A stretch of 62,124 bases of DNA, filler included. It is 11 parts of 11 records of this genome, joined end to end, with 100 filler letters (N's around TTAATTAATTAA, not from the genome) between each part and the next. Parts side by side here need not be neighbours in the genome. Positions count along the whole stretch, not along the records: positions 1 to 4,626 come from SRR11831585_792; positions 4,727 to 12,023 come from SRR11831585_801; 9 more parts are not named here. One strand, written 5' to 3'. The notes under the pieces were generated by a model. It had not been told where the DNA came from and did no database searches. It saw only the letters and a program-made list of their open reading frames with translations. The stretch's first letter is position 1; each line of letters opens with the position of its first letter. Below, piece after piece: positions 1 to 10,713 of this stretch. Position numbers and translations under genes: made by a program.

Positions 1-29
1 GATAAGACGCGTCAGCGTCGCATCTGGCA
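1..29. repeat. REP (palindromic unit), truncated at window start
   Basis: GATAAGACGCGTCAGCGTCGCATCTGGCA matches the E. coli REP consensus; lies downstream of gntP. Confidence 0.8.
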
Positions 30-57
30 TAAACAAAGCGCACTTTGCTGGTCTGTT

Positions 58-95
58 CCCCTCACCCTAACCCTCTCCCCGGAGGGGCGAGGGGA
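58..95. repeat. BoxC-like enterobacterial intergenic repeat
   Basis: CCCCTCACCCTAACCCTCTCCCCGGAGGGGCGAGGGGA: pyrimidine-rich then purine-rich hairpin typical of BoxC. Confidence 0.7.
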
Positions 96-162
96 CTGTC
101 CGGGCACATTTTTAGACTTTGTCATCAGTCTGAGCCTGCCATTGGCAGGCTCTGGTGTCCTT

Positions 163-1506
163 TTACGCTACCATGCTAATAATCAGCACAATAATCAGCC
201 CAACCACGGAGTTGACCAGCTCCAGCAGACCCCAGGTTTTCAACGTGTCTTTTACTGACAGGTCAAAGTAACCTTTGAACAACCAGAAAGATGCATCGTT
301 AATGTGGGTGAGGGTGTTGGAACCCGCAGCCGTCGCCAGTACCAGCAGCGCCGGATTCACGCCAACCAGCTGACCAGTTGCTGGATCTAGGATTGCAGCA
401 CTGATAATCCCGGCGGCGGTCATCGCCGAAACGACACCCTGACCCGTCGCCAGACGAATTAGCACAGTGATCAGCCATGCCATGATGTAGGGCGAGATAT
501 TGCCGTGGGACATCAACATGCCGATGGTGTCGCCAATGCCGGTGTCGATGATGGTCTGCTTCAGCACGCCACCCGCACCGATGATCAGAATCACCATTGC
601 AATACTCTTCACCGCGCTTTCAAAAGCGTTCATCACCCACTGCATGTCATGACCACGTGCGGTGCCAAAGAGTACGAATGCAACCACCATCGCAATAAAC
701 ATTGCAATCGGCGAGGAACCGATAAAGTTAACCACTTCCCAGGCAGGGGTATCTTTTACCAGCCAGATATTGGCGATGGTGGTAGAGATCATAATGATCG
801 CCGGGATCAGCGGCACCAGAATCGAAACGCCGAAAGAGGGCAGATTATTCATATCTACCGGTTGATCTGCTTTCAGGAATGATGGCGTTGGGCGCTCAAG
901 ATTGCCGAGGAACTTCGGCAGGATCAGACCTGCGCAGATTACACTTGGGATCGTCACCAGTACGCCATAGATATAAACCATCCCCATATCCGCGCCATAA
1001 GCATTCACCAGCGCCACCGGACCCGGCTGCGGTGGGAACAGTGAATGTGCGGTAGTGGCAGCTGCTACTGCCGGGATCGCCAGTTTCAGGAACGGAATTT
1101 TAGCTTCGGCGGCAATAACAATAACCAGCGGCGCTAACATGATAAAGGCCACTTCATAGAACATCGCCAGACCAAAAATCAGGCCGATGATAATCACCGA
1201 CAGCTGTACATAGCGCAGACCGAGACGCGCCAGCAGCGTATGCGCTATCTGGTGAGCCGCGCCGGAGTCGACCATCAATTTACCGATGACCGCACCGAAC
1301 ACCACGATGATAGCCAGTTCCCCCAGCGTGTTGCCGAAGCCCGCTTTCATAGTGTGCAGCAGCGACATCAAATCCATGCCCGCCAGCATCCCGACGGACA
1401 GCGCCGCCACCAACAAAGCCACCATTGAATTGATTTTGAACTTCAAATTCAGTACCAGCATCAGACCAATGCCGAATACCACCCAGAGAATGTTAAGCAC
1501 ATGCAT
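163..1506 (-). CDS. gntP: GntP-family fructuronate/gluconate transporter
   Basis: 447-aa hydrophobic [13 protein letters not shown]..., with [10 protein letters not shown] and HINDASFW motifs; divergent from uxuA as in E. coli. Confidence 0.97.
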
Positions 1507-1559
1507 AACGTTTTACCTTACCTGGTTGAACCGTTGTTATTTTGGGCGATATGTTATGT

Positions 1560-1577
1560 AAATTGGTCAACCATTGT
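1560..1577. promoter_or_regulatory. UxuR/ExuR operator-like palindrome
   Basis: AAATTGGTCAACCATTGT resembles AAATTGGT-NN-ACCAATTT; lies between gntP and uxuA. Confidence 0.6.
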
Positions 1578-1665
1578 TGCGATGAATGTCACATCCTCTG
1601 ATCAATAACCATCGATTACCCTTTGCTGCAATTTGCAGCAACAACCATGAGAGTGAAATTCTTGT

Positions 1666-1683
1666 GATGTGGTTAACCAATTT
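1666..1683. promoter_or_regulatory. UxuR/ExuR operator-like palindrome
   Basis: GATGTGGTTAACCAATTT upstream of uxuA. Confidence 0.6.
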
Positions 1684-1845
1684 CAGAATTCGGGTTGACA
1701 TGTCTTACCAAAAGGTAGAACTTATACGCCATCTCATCCGATGCAACGCCACGGCTGCGGTCTGGTTGTTCATCCGGATACCTAAACAACTCCAGGGTTC
1801 CGCGTCTCTTTGCTGTGGAACCCACTATGTGAAAGAGGAAAAATC

Positions 1846-3030
1846 ATGGAACAGACCTGGCGCTGGTACGGCCCAAACGATCCGGTTTCTTTAGCTGATG
1901 TCCGTCAGGCGGGCGCAACTGGCGTGGTTACCGCGCTGCACCATATCCCGAACGGCGAAGTATGGTCCGTTGAAGAGATCCTCAAACGCAAGGCGATCAT
2001 TGAAGACGCAGGCCTGGTGTGGTCTGTCGTAGAAAGCGTGCCAATTCACGAAGATATCAAAACCCACACTGGCAACTATGAGCAGTGGATCGCTAACTAT
2101 CAGCAGACTCTGCGCAACCTGGCGCAGTGTGGCATTCGCACCGTGTGCTACAACTTCATGCCGGTGCTCGACTGGACCCGTACTGACCTCGAATACGTGC
2201 TGCCAGACGGCTCCAAAGCTCTGCGCTTCGACCAGATCGAATTCGCTGCATTCGAAATGCATATCCTGAAACGCCCAGGCGCGGAAGCGGATTACACCGA
2301 AGAAGAAATTGCTCAGGCAGCTGAACGCTTCGCCACTATGAGCGATGAAGACAAAGCGCGTCTGACCCGTAACATCATTGCTGGTCTTCCGGGCGCGGAA
2401 GAAGGCTACACCCTCGACCAGTTCCGTAAACACCTGGAGCTGTACAAAGATATCGACAAAGCGAAGCTGCGCGAAAACTTTGCCGTCTTCCTGAAAGCGA
2501 TTATTCCAGTTGCTGAAGAAGTCGGCGTGCGTATGGCTGTTCACCCGGACGATCCGCCGCGCCCGATCCTCGGCCTGCCGCGCATTGTTTCCACCATTGA
2601 AGATATGCAGTGGATGGTTGATACCGTAAACAGCATGGCAAACGGTTTTACCATGTGCACCGGTTCCTACGGCGTGCGTGCTGACAACGATCTGGTTGAT
2701 ATGATCAAGCAGTTCGGTCCGCGTATTTACTTCACCCATCTGCGCTCCACCATGCGTGAAGATAACCCGAAAACCTTCCACGAAGCGGCGCACCTGAACG
2801 GTGACGTTGATATGTACGAAGTGGTGAAAGCGATTGTTGAAGAAGAACACCGTCGTAAAGCGGAAGGCAAAGAAGACCTGATCCCGATGCGTCCGGACCA
2901 CGGTCATCAGATGCTGGACGACCTGAAGAAGAAAACCAACCCAGGTTACTCCGCAATTGGTCGTCTGAAAGGCCTGGCCGAAGTTCGCGGTGTCGAACTG
3001 GCGATCCAGCGCGCTTTCTTTAGCCGTTAA
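1846..3030 (+). CDS. uxuA: D-mannonate dehydratase
   Basis: [14 protein letters not shown]..., HPDDPP and MRPDHG motifs; ATG at 1846 after GAGG RBS gives 394 aa. Confidence 0.98.
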   Translation: MEQTWRWYGPNDPVSLADVRQAGATGVVTALHHIPNGEVWSVEEILKRKAIIEDAGLVWSVVESVPIHEDIKTHTGNYEQWIANYQQTLRNLAQCGIRTVCYNFMPVLDWTRTDLEYVLPDGSKALRFDQIEFAAFEMHILKRPGAEADYTEEEIAQAAERFATMSDEDKARLTRNIIAGLPGAEEGYTLDQFRKHLELYKDIDKAKLRENFAVFLKAIIPVAEEVGVRMAVHPDDPPRPILGLPRIVSTIEDMQWMVDTVNSMANGFTMCTGSYGVRADNDLVDMIKQFGPRIYFTHLRSTMREDNPKTFHEAAHLNGDVDMYEVVKAIVEEEHRRKAEGKEDLIPMRPDHGHQMLDDLKKKTNPGYSAIGRLKGLAEVRGVELAIQRAFFSR

Positions 3031-3110
3031 TATCCACCGGCATGGCTGCGCGCCGTGCCGGTTCCTTCTTCCTTGCCGTCACTCTTTGAAGACGGATTCT
3101 GGAGTTTACG

Positions 3111-4571
3111 ATGACTACTATTGTTGACAGCAATCTGCCGGTTGCCCGCCCGTCATGGGATCATTCTCGTCTGGAATCACGCATTGTGCATCTCGGTTGC
3201 GGGGCGTTTCACCGCGCGCACCAGGCGCTGTATACCCATCATCTGCTGGAAAGCACCGACAGCGACTGGGGCATCTGCGAAGTTAACCTGATGCCAGGCA
3301 ACGACCGCGTGCTGATCGAAAACCTGAAAAAACAGCAACTGCTGTACACCGTAGCGGAAAAAGGCGCAGAGAGCACCGAGCTGAAAATTATCGGTTCGAT
3401 GAAAGAAGCGCTGCATCCGGAAATCGATGGCTGCGAAGGTATTCTCAACGCGATGGCGCGTCCGCAAACGGCGATTGTCTCTCTAACGGTCACGGAAAAA
3501 GGCTACTGCGCTGATGCGGCAAGCGGTCAACTGGATCTCAATAACCCGCTGATCAAGCACGATCTGGAAAACCCGACTGCGCCGAAGTCCGCGATTGGTT
3601 ACATCGTCGAAGCGTTGCGTCTGCGTCGTGAAAAAGGGTTGAAAGCGTTTACGGTGATGTCCTGCGATAACGTGCGTGAAAACGGTCATGTGGCGAAGGT
3701 CGCGGTACTGGGGCTGGCTCAGGCGCGTGACCCGCAGCTGGCGGCATGGATTGAAGAAAATGTCACCTTCCCGTGCACCATGGTTGACCGCATCGTTCCG
3801 GCGGCGACGCCAGAAACCTTACAGGAAATTGCTGACCAGCTGGGTGTTTACGACCCGTGCGCCATTGCCTGCGAACCGTTTCGTCAGTGGGTGATTGAAG
3901 ATAACTTCGTTAATGGTCGCCCGGATTGGGATAAAGTGGGCGCACAGTTCGTTGCAGACGTTGTGCCGTTCGAAATGATGAAGCTGCGTATGCTGAACGG
4001 CAGCCACTCTTTTCTGGCGTACCTCGGTTACCTCGGCGGCTATGAAACCATTGCCGACACCGTGACTAACCCGGCTTATCGCAAAGCGGCCTTTGCCCTG
4101 ATGATGCAGGAACAAGCGCCAACGCTGTCGATGCCGGAAGGTACAGACCTGAACGCCTATGCGACGCTGCTGATCGAGCGTTTCAGCAACCCGTCTCTGC
4201 GTCACCGTACCTGGCAGATTGCGATGGACGGCAGCCAGAAGTTACCGCAGCGTCTGCTGGACCCGGTGCGTCTGCACCTGCAAAACGGCGGCAGCTGGCG
4301 TCACCTGGCGCTGGGCGTGGCTGGCTGGATGCGTTACACCCAGGGCGTGGATGAGCAGGGTAATGCCATTGACGTGGTCGACCCGATGCTGGCGGAGTTC
4401 CAGAAGATCAACGCGCAGTATCAGGGCGCAGACCGCGTGAAAGCGCTGCTGGGCCTGAGCGGTATTTTTGCCGATGATCTGCCGCAGAATGCCGACTTTG
4501 TTGGCGCAGTGACGGCGGCATATCAGCAGCTGTGCGAACGCGGTGCGCGCGAGTGTGTGGCTGCGCTGTAA
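3111..4571 (+). CDS. uxuB: D-mannonate oxidoreductase (fructuronate reductase)
   Basis: 486 aa; VHLGCGAFHRAHQ, MVDRIVP and KLRMLNGSH motifs of the mannitol dehydrogenase family. Confidence 0.98.
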   Translation: MTTIVDSNLPVARPSWDHSRLESRIVHLGCGAFHRAHQALYTHHLLESTDSDWGICEVNLMPGNDRVLIENLKKQQLLYTVAEKGAESTELKIIGSMKEALHPEIDGCEGILNAMARPQTAIVSLTVTEKGYCADAASGQLDLNNPLIKHDLENPTAPKSAIGYIVEALRLRREKGLKAFTVMSCDNVRENGHVAKVAVLGLAQARDPQLAAWIEENVTFPCTMVDRIVPAATPETLQEIADQLGVYDPCAIACEPFRQWVIEDNFVNGRPDWDKVGAQFVADVVPFEMMKLRMLNGSHSFLAYLGYLGGYETIADTVTNPAYRKAAFALMMQEQAPTLSMPEGTDLNAYATLLIERFSNPSLRHRTWQIAMDGSQKLPQRLLDPVRLHLQNGGSWRHLALGVAGWMRYTQGVDEQGNAIDVVDPMLAEFQKINAQYQGADRVKALLGLSGIFADDLPQNADFVGAVTAAYQQLCERGARECVAAL

Positions 4572-4626
4572 CTAACTGATTACCCTACAGACTTACTGGT
4601 CAATCAAACTGATATTTGGTTGTACC

Positions 4627-4726
4627 NNNNNNNNNNNNNNNNNNNNNNNNNNNNNNNNNNNNNNNNNNNNTTAATTAATTAANNNNNNNNNNNNNNNNNN
4701 NNNNNNNNNNNNNNNNNNNNNNNNNN
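4627..4726. other. Artificial contig linker 1
   Basis: N44-TTAATTAATTAA-N44. Confidence 0.99.
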
Positions 4727-5208
4727 GGCGTCGTCGAACTTGCCCTCCCCCAGGGGGAGGGCTGCGTGGTGATCCACGTTGTGAACAGGGGATGCGTGCG
4801 ACTCATCTACGCGCGGCAACTGTTTGGGAGTGTACGTCGCGTGGCTGTGCGACTCGCCCATGAATGGTATCCGGTCCATCCCGGACACAATAGGGCTTCC
4901 TGATGGATACATCAGACGCACACGAATTTGCATGTCAAGCCACAGTACCTTCTCCGAAAGCGCGGTCCCCAGGTGTAAGGCACGCTCCTGCCGACAAAGG
5001 CGTTCTACCAGGCAAGTGCACACCATCGGCTGCCCCAGGGCAATGATGCCGGCCGCAAACACAGACCGTACAAGAGCACTGCATCACACACAGCTCGAGG
5101 TACGTCGTTCAGTGGTGCTACTGTGTCGGTGTTGATGGCAGTACTGGTGAATGCGGTCGAGCAACTGTGCAGCCAAAAATCAGACGCACAAAAAGTGTAA
5201 ACCGTCAT
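4727..5208 (-). CDS. Eukaryotic hypothetical gene, 5' fragment (3 putative exons: 5208-5072, 5004-4949, 4899-contig edge)
   Basis: GTACGG..TAG intron (5071-5005) and GTACTG..CAG intron (4948-4900) join the exons in consistent phase into one open frame running off the contig; no family recognised. Confidence 0.35.
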
Positions 5209-5407
5209 CTGGCAAAAGCGCTTGCGAATCTGACCTAGAGGAGTTTATGCGTTCAGTTTTGTTGGTTTTTCTGGCGCTGTCAGACTCCGGTGTGAGACAC
5301 AGCAAGGGTGCAGCAGAACGTCGCTCATTTTCTCTACGATCTCCTTTTCTTCTCTTTGCACTAAGCCCAGTTGCTCGGGTGCAGGTCCTTGTTTCATTTA
5401 CATCGCG

Positions 5408-5867
5408 ATGGGATTTCTCACGTTTCTTCTAAAACTCCCTTTCAGCGTTGTTGGCTACGCGCTTAGCATCACAAAGAATAGCGTTTTGATTGCTGCAGCA
5501 ATCATATACCTAGGTTTGTCTCTTTTCGGTCTCTCCTAATTCTCATGTGTTTGCAGATCACGTGAACATGCGCAATCACCTTCTCCAGCTGAAATATAAG
5601 AGCAACTTCAACCGCTCGTATGTTCCCATTCATGCTCGTTTGTACGATACGATCAAATCACTTTCGGCCCCAGCTCCGCGGCCTGCGCTGAAGTAGAGCG
5701 CGGAGCTTCCGTCAGTGTGTTCTATGTGATTGGGTTTGAGTTATCTATCAGGACATTTTACTGCCGATGTCTGCACTGGAAAGTAAGTGCGTGCCAGCTG
5801 CTGGGGTTGTTGCGGTCGTGGAGTGCGGAACCCATGAGGGAGCGCAGGTGCAAGGGAAACCATGTGA
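5408..5867 (+). CDS. Small spliced eukaryotic orphan gene, about 84 aa (exons 5408-5513, 5557-5617, 5674-5710, 5752-5782, 5848-5867)
   Basis: Four short GT..AG introns (43, 56, 41, 65 nt) splice in phase to MGFLTFLLKLPFSVVGYALSITKNSVLIAAAIIYLDHVNMRNHLLQLKYKSNFNRSSAACAEVERGASDILLPMSALESARETM*; last exon least certain. Confidence 0.5.
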
Positions 5868-6739
5868 TTAGAGTCGTAAGTGTCGATCGTTCCTATATGT
5901 TTGGCGTGCAGTTTATATTCAGCGGTGGCTGTGTGCTGATCAGCAGGGTTGGCTTGAATGAATTTGTGTATCGTGTAAATCTCTGTCTCATCTCTGTTTA
6001 CGTGCATGGCTTCAGTGATGCGGTCATGCATCCGTCTCACACGAAACGTAAAGGAAGGCATGTACTGGGGTAGCGTTGTGGGCGCCGATCTACTGTGGTG
6101 TCAGATGCCCGGCACGGTTTGAGCAGTTAGCACATGCTCACCGAGAGCGGGTGCCGTCGGGAAGGGTGCCGCGGTACTCATCGCACCGCTCGCACTTCGC
6201 ACCAACCTGGTGGCCGAAGTGCACACTCCCCATCATATGCATATTGACCATCGAAGCATTTCACATATATCCTGTGGCGACGAGCTACCGCCCTTGTTCT
6301 AAGGCCGAACGACAGTATCAACACACACAGTAGCATCGTGCGAGGTACTTGGCTGCCAAGTTGATAGCGGAACGAATTGTTGGTAAACAGGAACGGTACA
6401 TCTACTGAAAAATTTGTAAGCAGGATTAAAAATTGCGTTTTACCACATGTATCTTCTTATCTCCTGATCTTACAATCATGAAATTCGGCGACCTGCTGCT
6501 CACAAAGCTACTTAGGTGATGCAAACCCTCAGCGACACTTGAAAACCGACAGATAACGAGAACACATAGACGAATCCGGGCTTCGGTTGGGGTGGGTGGA
6601 AGTGACCTAGCTAGAGGAGCGCCAGAGGATCCGTAGAGGTGGAGTTGTGCGCAGCTGCATTTTCTCTTCGCTGCGATCATTACTTCTCACATTACTGATA
6701 TACTGGGAGCCGCGGTATTATTACCCAGTTCCTGAACGA

Positions 6740-8349
6740 ATGCAGCGCGATCCCAGCGGGCCGATGGCCTGGGATCCCATTGCTACGTCTCCTTCTCGTG
6801 GTATTTCTTGTCTTCCTGTCTTCTGCTGCATTGACGGAATGATACAGGAATGCGCCCGTTTGGCGCGCCGCAAACGGCTTTTAACCCATTCTTTGCAACA
6901 TCACCGGCTTCGTTTACTCTGCCTCCTTCTCCTCCAAAGGACTCTGCACCTACTGTATGCACCCTTTCGGAGCATATTCTGTGAGTTCTGCTGTTAATAC
7001 TGCCTCTTCAGACTCCCCAATCCACTACTCCAGCTGCACAAGCATCGCCAAGTAACTCACCCGACAAGGATAGTGGTGACACGCGAGTGCGTAATCGAAG
7101 GAGAGATGAGCCCATGAGAGAACTGGAGGAGTTTACCAGTGCTGTTGACTATCAAAAACACTATCATTTGCCATTCATTATTGCGGGGTACTTGAAAGCC
7201 TGTCCCTGTTGCTGTCTGCCTGTCTTTCTCTTCTTCTCTCTCTCTGTTTTCTGTGATCTAATGATATCATTCGTGTATGTGAGTCGCTATGCGTCCGGTT
7301 TCCCAGCGCTTTTACGCCTCAACTCTGGGTATGGTGAGGTTTGCTAACATACCGGCGTGTAGATATGTGCAGCTGGCTTTGAACGTGGTTATGCTCCTGG
7401 GAATTATTTATCTCTTTGTCTCCATCTTTTACACCATACAGCACGACGTGGACCAGAGGATAGTCCAATACTCGATGGGTATGTTCGATATGTGATGTGC
7501 GGATGTGTGCATGTGTCGGTGTGTGGCCCTTTTCTTATGTGTGTGCGAGTGTTAGAATGAGCGGTATTCCAGAGTGTCCTGGATACAATGTTGTGTGCAT
7601 GGATGGAGACATCTGTTTGCGTCGAATATACACTACATGTGTGTTTGTTGTGTGTTGCAGCCGACCACCGCTCATATTGTATGCGTGTGTGCAGATGTGA
7701 TGAAGGAGATTGGTCTGTGTGCGAAACAGTTTCTTGACAACAAATGCGATCCGGTGGAGCAGCGACTTCCCGCGATGCAGTCTATCTGCGCCACCTGGGA
7801 AACGTATGCTTGTTTGCGGTGTCATGTGCGAAAATGTGTCGCAATGATTACGGGAGTTTTTCCGTGATGTTATGCTGATGTTATGCGCTTACGTGTATCC
7901 GTGCAGTTGCATGGCGCGCGACCCCACCGCTGTGGGAAGAGCGCGGGTCTCAGCGGAAACACTGGCGGAGATTCTGAACAGCTTTGTAGAGCCGATCTCC
8001 TACAAGACCATGGTACGTGTGCATCTCACACATTGTGTATGCTGTGTGTGTGAGTTGTATATCTGTGCGCGCGTGTGTGTGTGTGTGCGCGCGCTTTCGA
8101 TGAAGTTATACTCGCCGCTTCCTCATCCGAACGTGCATGTTGCAGATCTTCTTCGCCATTCTCTTTGTGGGCTGCACCCTGTGCTCCAACCTCGCGTTCT
8201 ACACTCTCCGCTCCCAATTCGTACATGCGGCCCCGCCCCCTCTGAGTACTCCCCCTACCGCATACTATGCGCCTCATGATAGCATGCGCGGTGTGGTACA
8301 CACGGGACGTTCAAAACCTGCGGCTCGGTTGCGCTATCAGCAGCGGTGA
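6740..8349 (+). CDS. BRR6: Brr6/Brl1-family nuclear envelope protein, 7 exons (6740-6800, 6848-6954, 7012-7187, 7363-7478, 7695-7803, 7907-8012, 8146-8349), 292 aa
   Basis: Spliced product has TM1 (GYVQLALNVVMLLGIIYLF), a four-Cys lumenal segment (CAKQFLDNKC...PAMQSICATWETCMARDP), then VGRARVSAETLAEILNSFVEPISYKTM and TM2; all six GT..AG introns are phase-consistent. Confidence 0.9.
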
Positions 8350-8983
8350 TGGCCAGCTTGCAGTAACCGGTCAGCGAACGAGTCAGTTAGCGTCGTAAGG
8401 TTACACATATGCGAAGGATGACGGGCAGCACAGCATGGACGTAGGAGTTTCCGTGCTACACTCGCGGGGTCTGATGCCTTTACCGTGTGCACTGCACTGG
8501 TTGACGTGTGTGTTCTGGTTCGAACTTTTGGAGCGACCTTTGTTACTGAACGTGCGTAAGCTGCTTCTTTGTGTGCTGATACACACCTTTTTCTCTGAGC
8601 TAAGCGGTATCCGAATACATTGCCTCTCAGCTTGCTTGACGAAAAGCACGCACTTCCTAAAATCCAAATACATATGACAATCCCGCGATACGATCCAGGA
8701 TCCTTACAGGATGGATTCGTCGGTCAAATTCCGCATGTCTGTCGGTACGTCACTGCGATTTGTCTCCCTGCCAGTCAATACGTCAGTCACACATACGGAG
8801 CAAGTCACTGACGTCAATCCGAATGACGTTTCTCCCTTCCGTACCTGAATGCTCTTAAAACCAGTCAGGCGGGCAACCGTAGGCACTTGCAAAGTTTTCG
8901 AAGGCTACTTGGTAATTTCGAGACATGAGGCAAGAAAGCAACGCAAAACGGTTGCGGCCGTTGACCTGTGCTGGTATGCAAAC

Positions 8984-10713
8984 ATGTTCGCACTTCCAAC
9001 CACTTCTCACAGTCTGAATTTAGTTCTCATCGCTTTGGTGGGTGCTGTCATTTGCAATAGCCAGTGCAACGTTGTCCCGCAGCAGTGTGCGGATGGCGGT
9101 GATCTCAAAGTTGCAGTCTACGGCGCAACCGAAAATACTGCGCGAGATCTCACCGATGTCGTGAGGCAGCTCCAATGCTCGGGCTTTGAGTACTTTGATA
9201 AGATTGATACCTTCGACGCCGCCGTCCACACCCCGGATCTGGAGGAACTCAAGCGCTACCACGCAGTTTTTGTGTTCTCATCTGTGTGCCTGGGCGATCC
9301 CGAGGCTTTTGGTGACGCCCTTGCCGACTACATCGACATGGGCGGAGGAGTGGTGGTCGCAGGCAGTGCGTTCGCCAGCGACTGCAAGGGCATTGCGGGC
9401 CGGGCAGCCAGCTTCAAGCGCCCCTGCGGCGGCATCTGCTCCGACGTGTGGGAGAAGCGGTACCTGCCCTTCGACACAGCAGGCACCAACGACAACATCC
9501 TCAGCACGCCCGCCCTCAGCGTGGTGCGCGAGAAGCCCAACCACCCCATCTTCCACCGCGTGCGCTCCTTCCGCGGCGGCCTGCTCTCCTTCCGACACAA
9601 CGTGGCCACCAGCGGCTGCTGCGGCGGGTGCCTGGGCCCGTGCCGCCCCTGCGACGGCGACGACGAGATTATTGCCACGTGGGACAACGGCGAGAAGCTC
9701 ATCAGCGAGAAGCGCGTGCCCGGTGCGCTGGGCACGGCGGTTGCGCTCAACTTCTTCCCTCCGTCGGACGATGCGCAGGACGACTACTGGGACACCAGCT
9801 CAAACGGAGAGGAGATTATGGCCAACGCCCTCAAGTACGTGGCCCGACGCCTGCGCTGCCCGGAGGGTACGTACACCGTTCTGCGGCGGTGGTGGTGGCT
9901 GTCTGCTGTGTATATAGGCAAGTCGCATGTGTTCTATAACTTTTCTACCGTGCACGAACCCCCTATCTCACCTGCTGTGTGATGCCTGCAGCGGGCCGCA
10001 ACGTGCTTGTCCTAGGCGACACCAGCGACGACCTGATCCACATCCAGGACGTCATCAGCAAGGTGCACCAGGGCTGGCGCCGTCTGGACTGCATCTCCTA
10101 CGTCGACATCTCGCGCCAGGCCGCACCGTCCCTGAGCTCCCTCGAGCACTACGGCTCGGTCATCGTCACCCTGGGGGAGACCACCCTGGGTGGGGGCGGG
10201 TTCCTGGACCCCGTGGCCCTGGGCGATGTCCTGGCTGACTACATCGAGCTGGGCGGCGGTGTGGTGGTCGCAGGCCTGGACGCCAACGAGGCCCTCGCAG
10301 GCCGCATCGTGAGCGCGGGCTATCTGCCCTTCGTGCAGCAAGGAGCGGCACCCATCTACAACGACCAGGGCGCGCGGCAGACCCTAGTGGCCCTGGTGCC
10401 TGACAGCGACCTGCTCAACCGCGTGGACTCCTTCGAGGACGCACAGTACGCCGTCACATCCGCTGTGGTCCCCACCGCCGGGGCCCAGGTCATCGCACAG
10501 GGCTCCATCACGGGTCTTCCCCTCATTGTGCTGCACACCAACACGGGTGCGGGCAACGGCAAGGTGGTCGGGCTCGGGTTCCGTGCGCCGTCCTCCGATG
10601 TGGTCCGTGTGATTCCGGACTGCTTCGACCGGTCGGTGCAGTTCTGGAACTCGGCGACGGACGGCCACCGCGTGCTGGCCAACGCTCTGCGAGTGGTGTA
10701 TAACAAGCCTTAA
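8984..10713 (+). CDS. Putative secreted protein with two tandem class-I-glutamine-amidotransferase-like (alpha/beta) domains; 2 exons (8984-9866, 9992-10713), 534 aa
   Basis: Hydrophobic N-terminus (LNLVLIALVGAVIC); GTACGT..TGCAG intron 9867-9991 joins ORFs 8849..9982 and 9979..10713 in phase; both halves share DPxAxGDxLADYIxxGGGVVVAG, YLPF, RVxSF, FxxPSxD and WxxxxxGxxxxANAL. Confidence 0.8.

Noticed and set aside
1891..2907. Long antisense ORFs (338 aa opposite uxuA; similar ones opposite galE, hcp, rlhA, ygiS, gpmA)
   Set aside because: Shadow frames caused by codon bias of the real genes; no recognisable motifs.
9186..9939. Overlapping alternative-frame ORFs (243 aa, 163 aa and antisense) within the twin-domain gene
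   Set aside because: Low-complexity Pro/Ala/Arg/Ser/Thr translations expected from a high-GC3 coding sequence.
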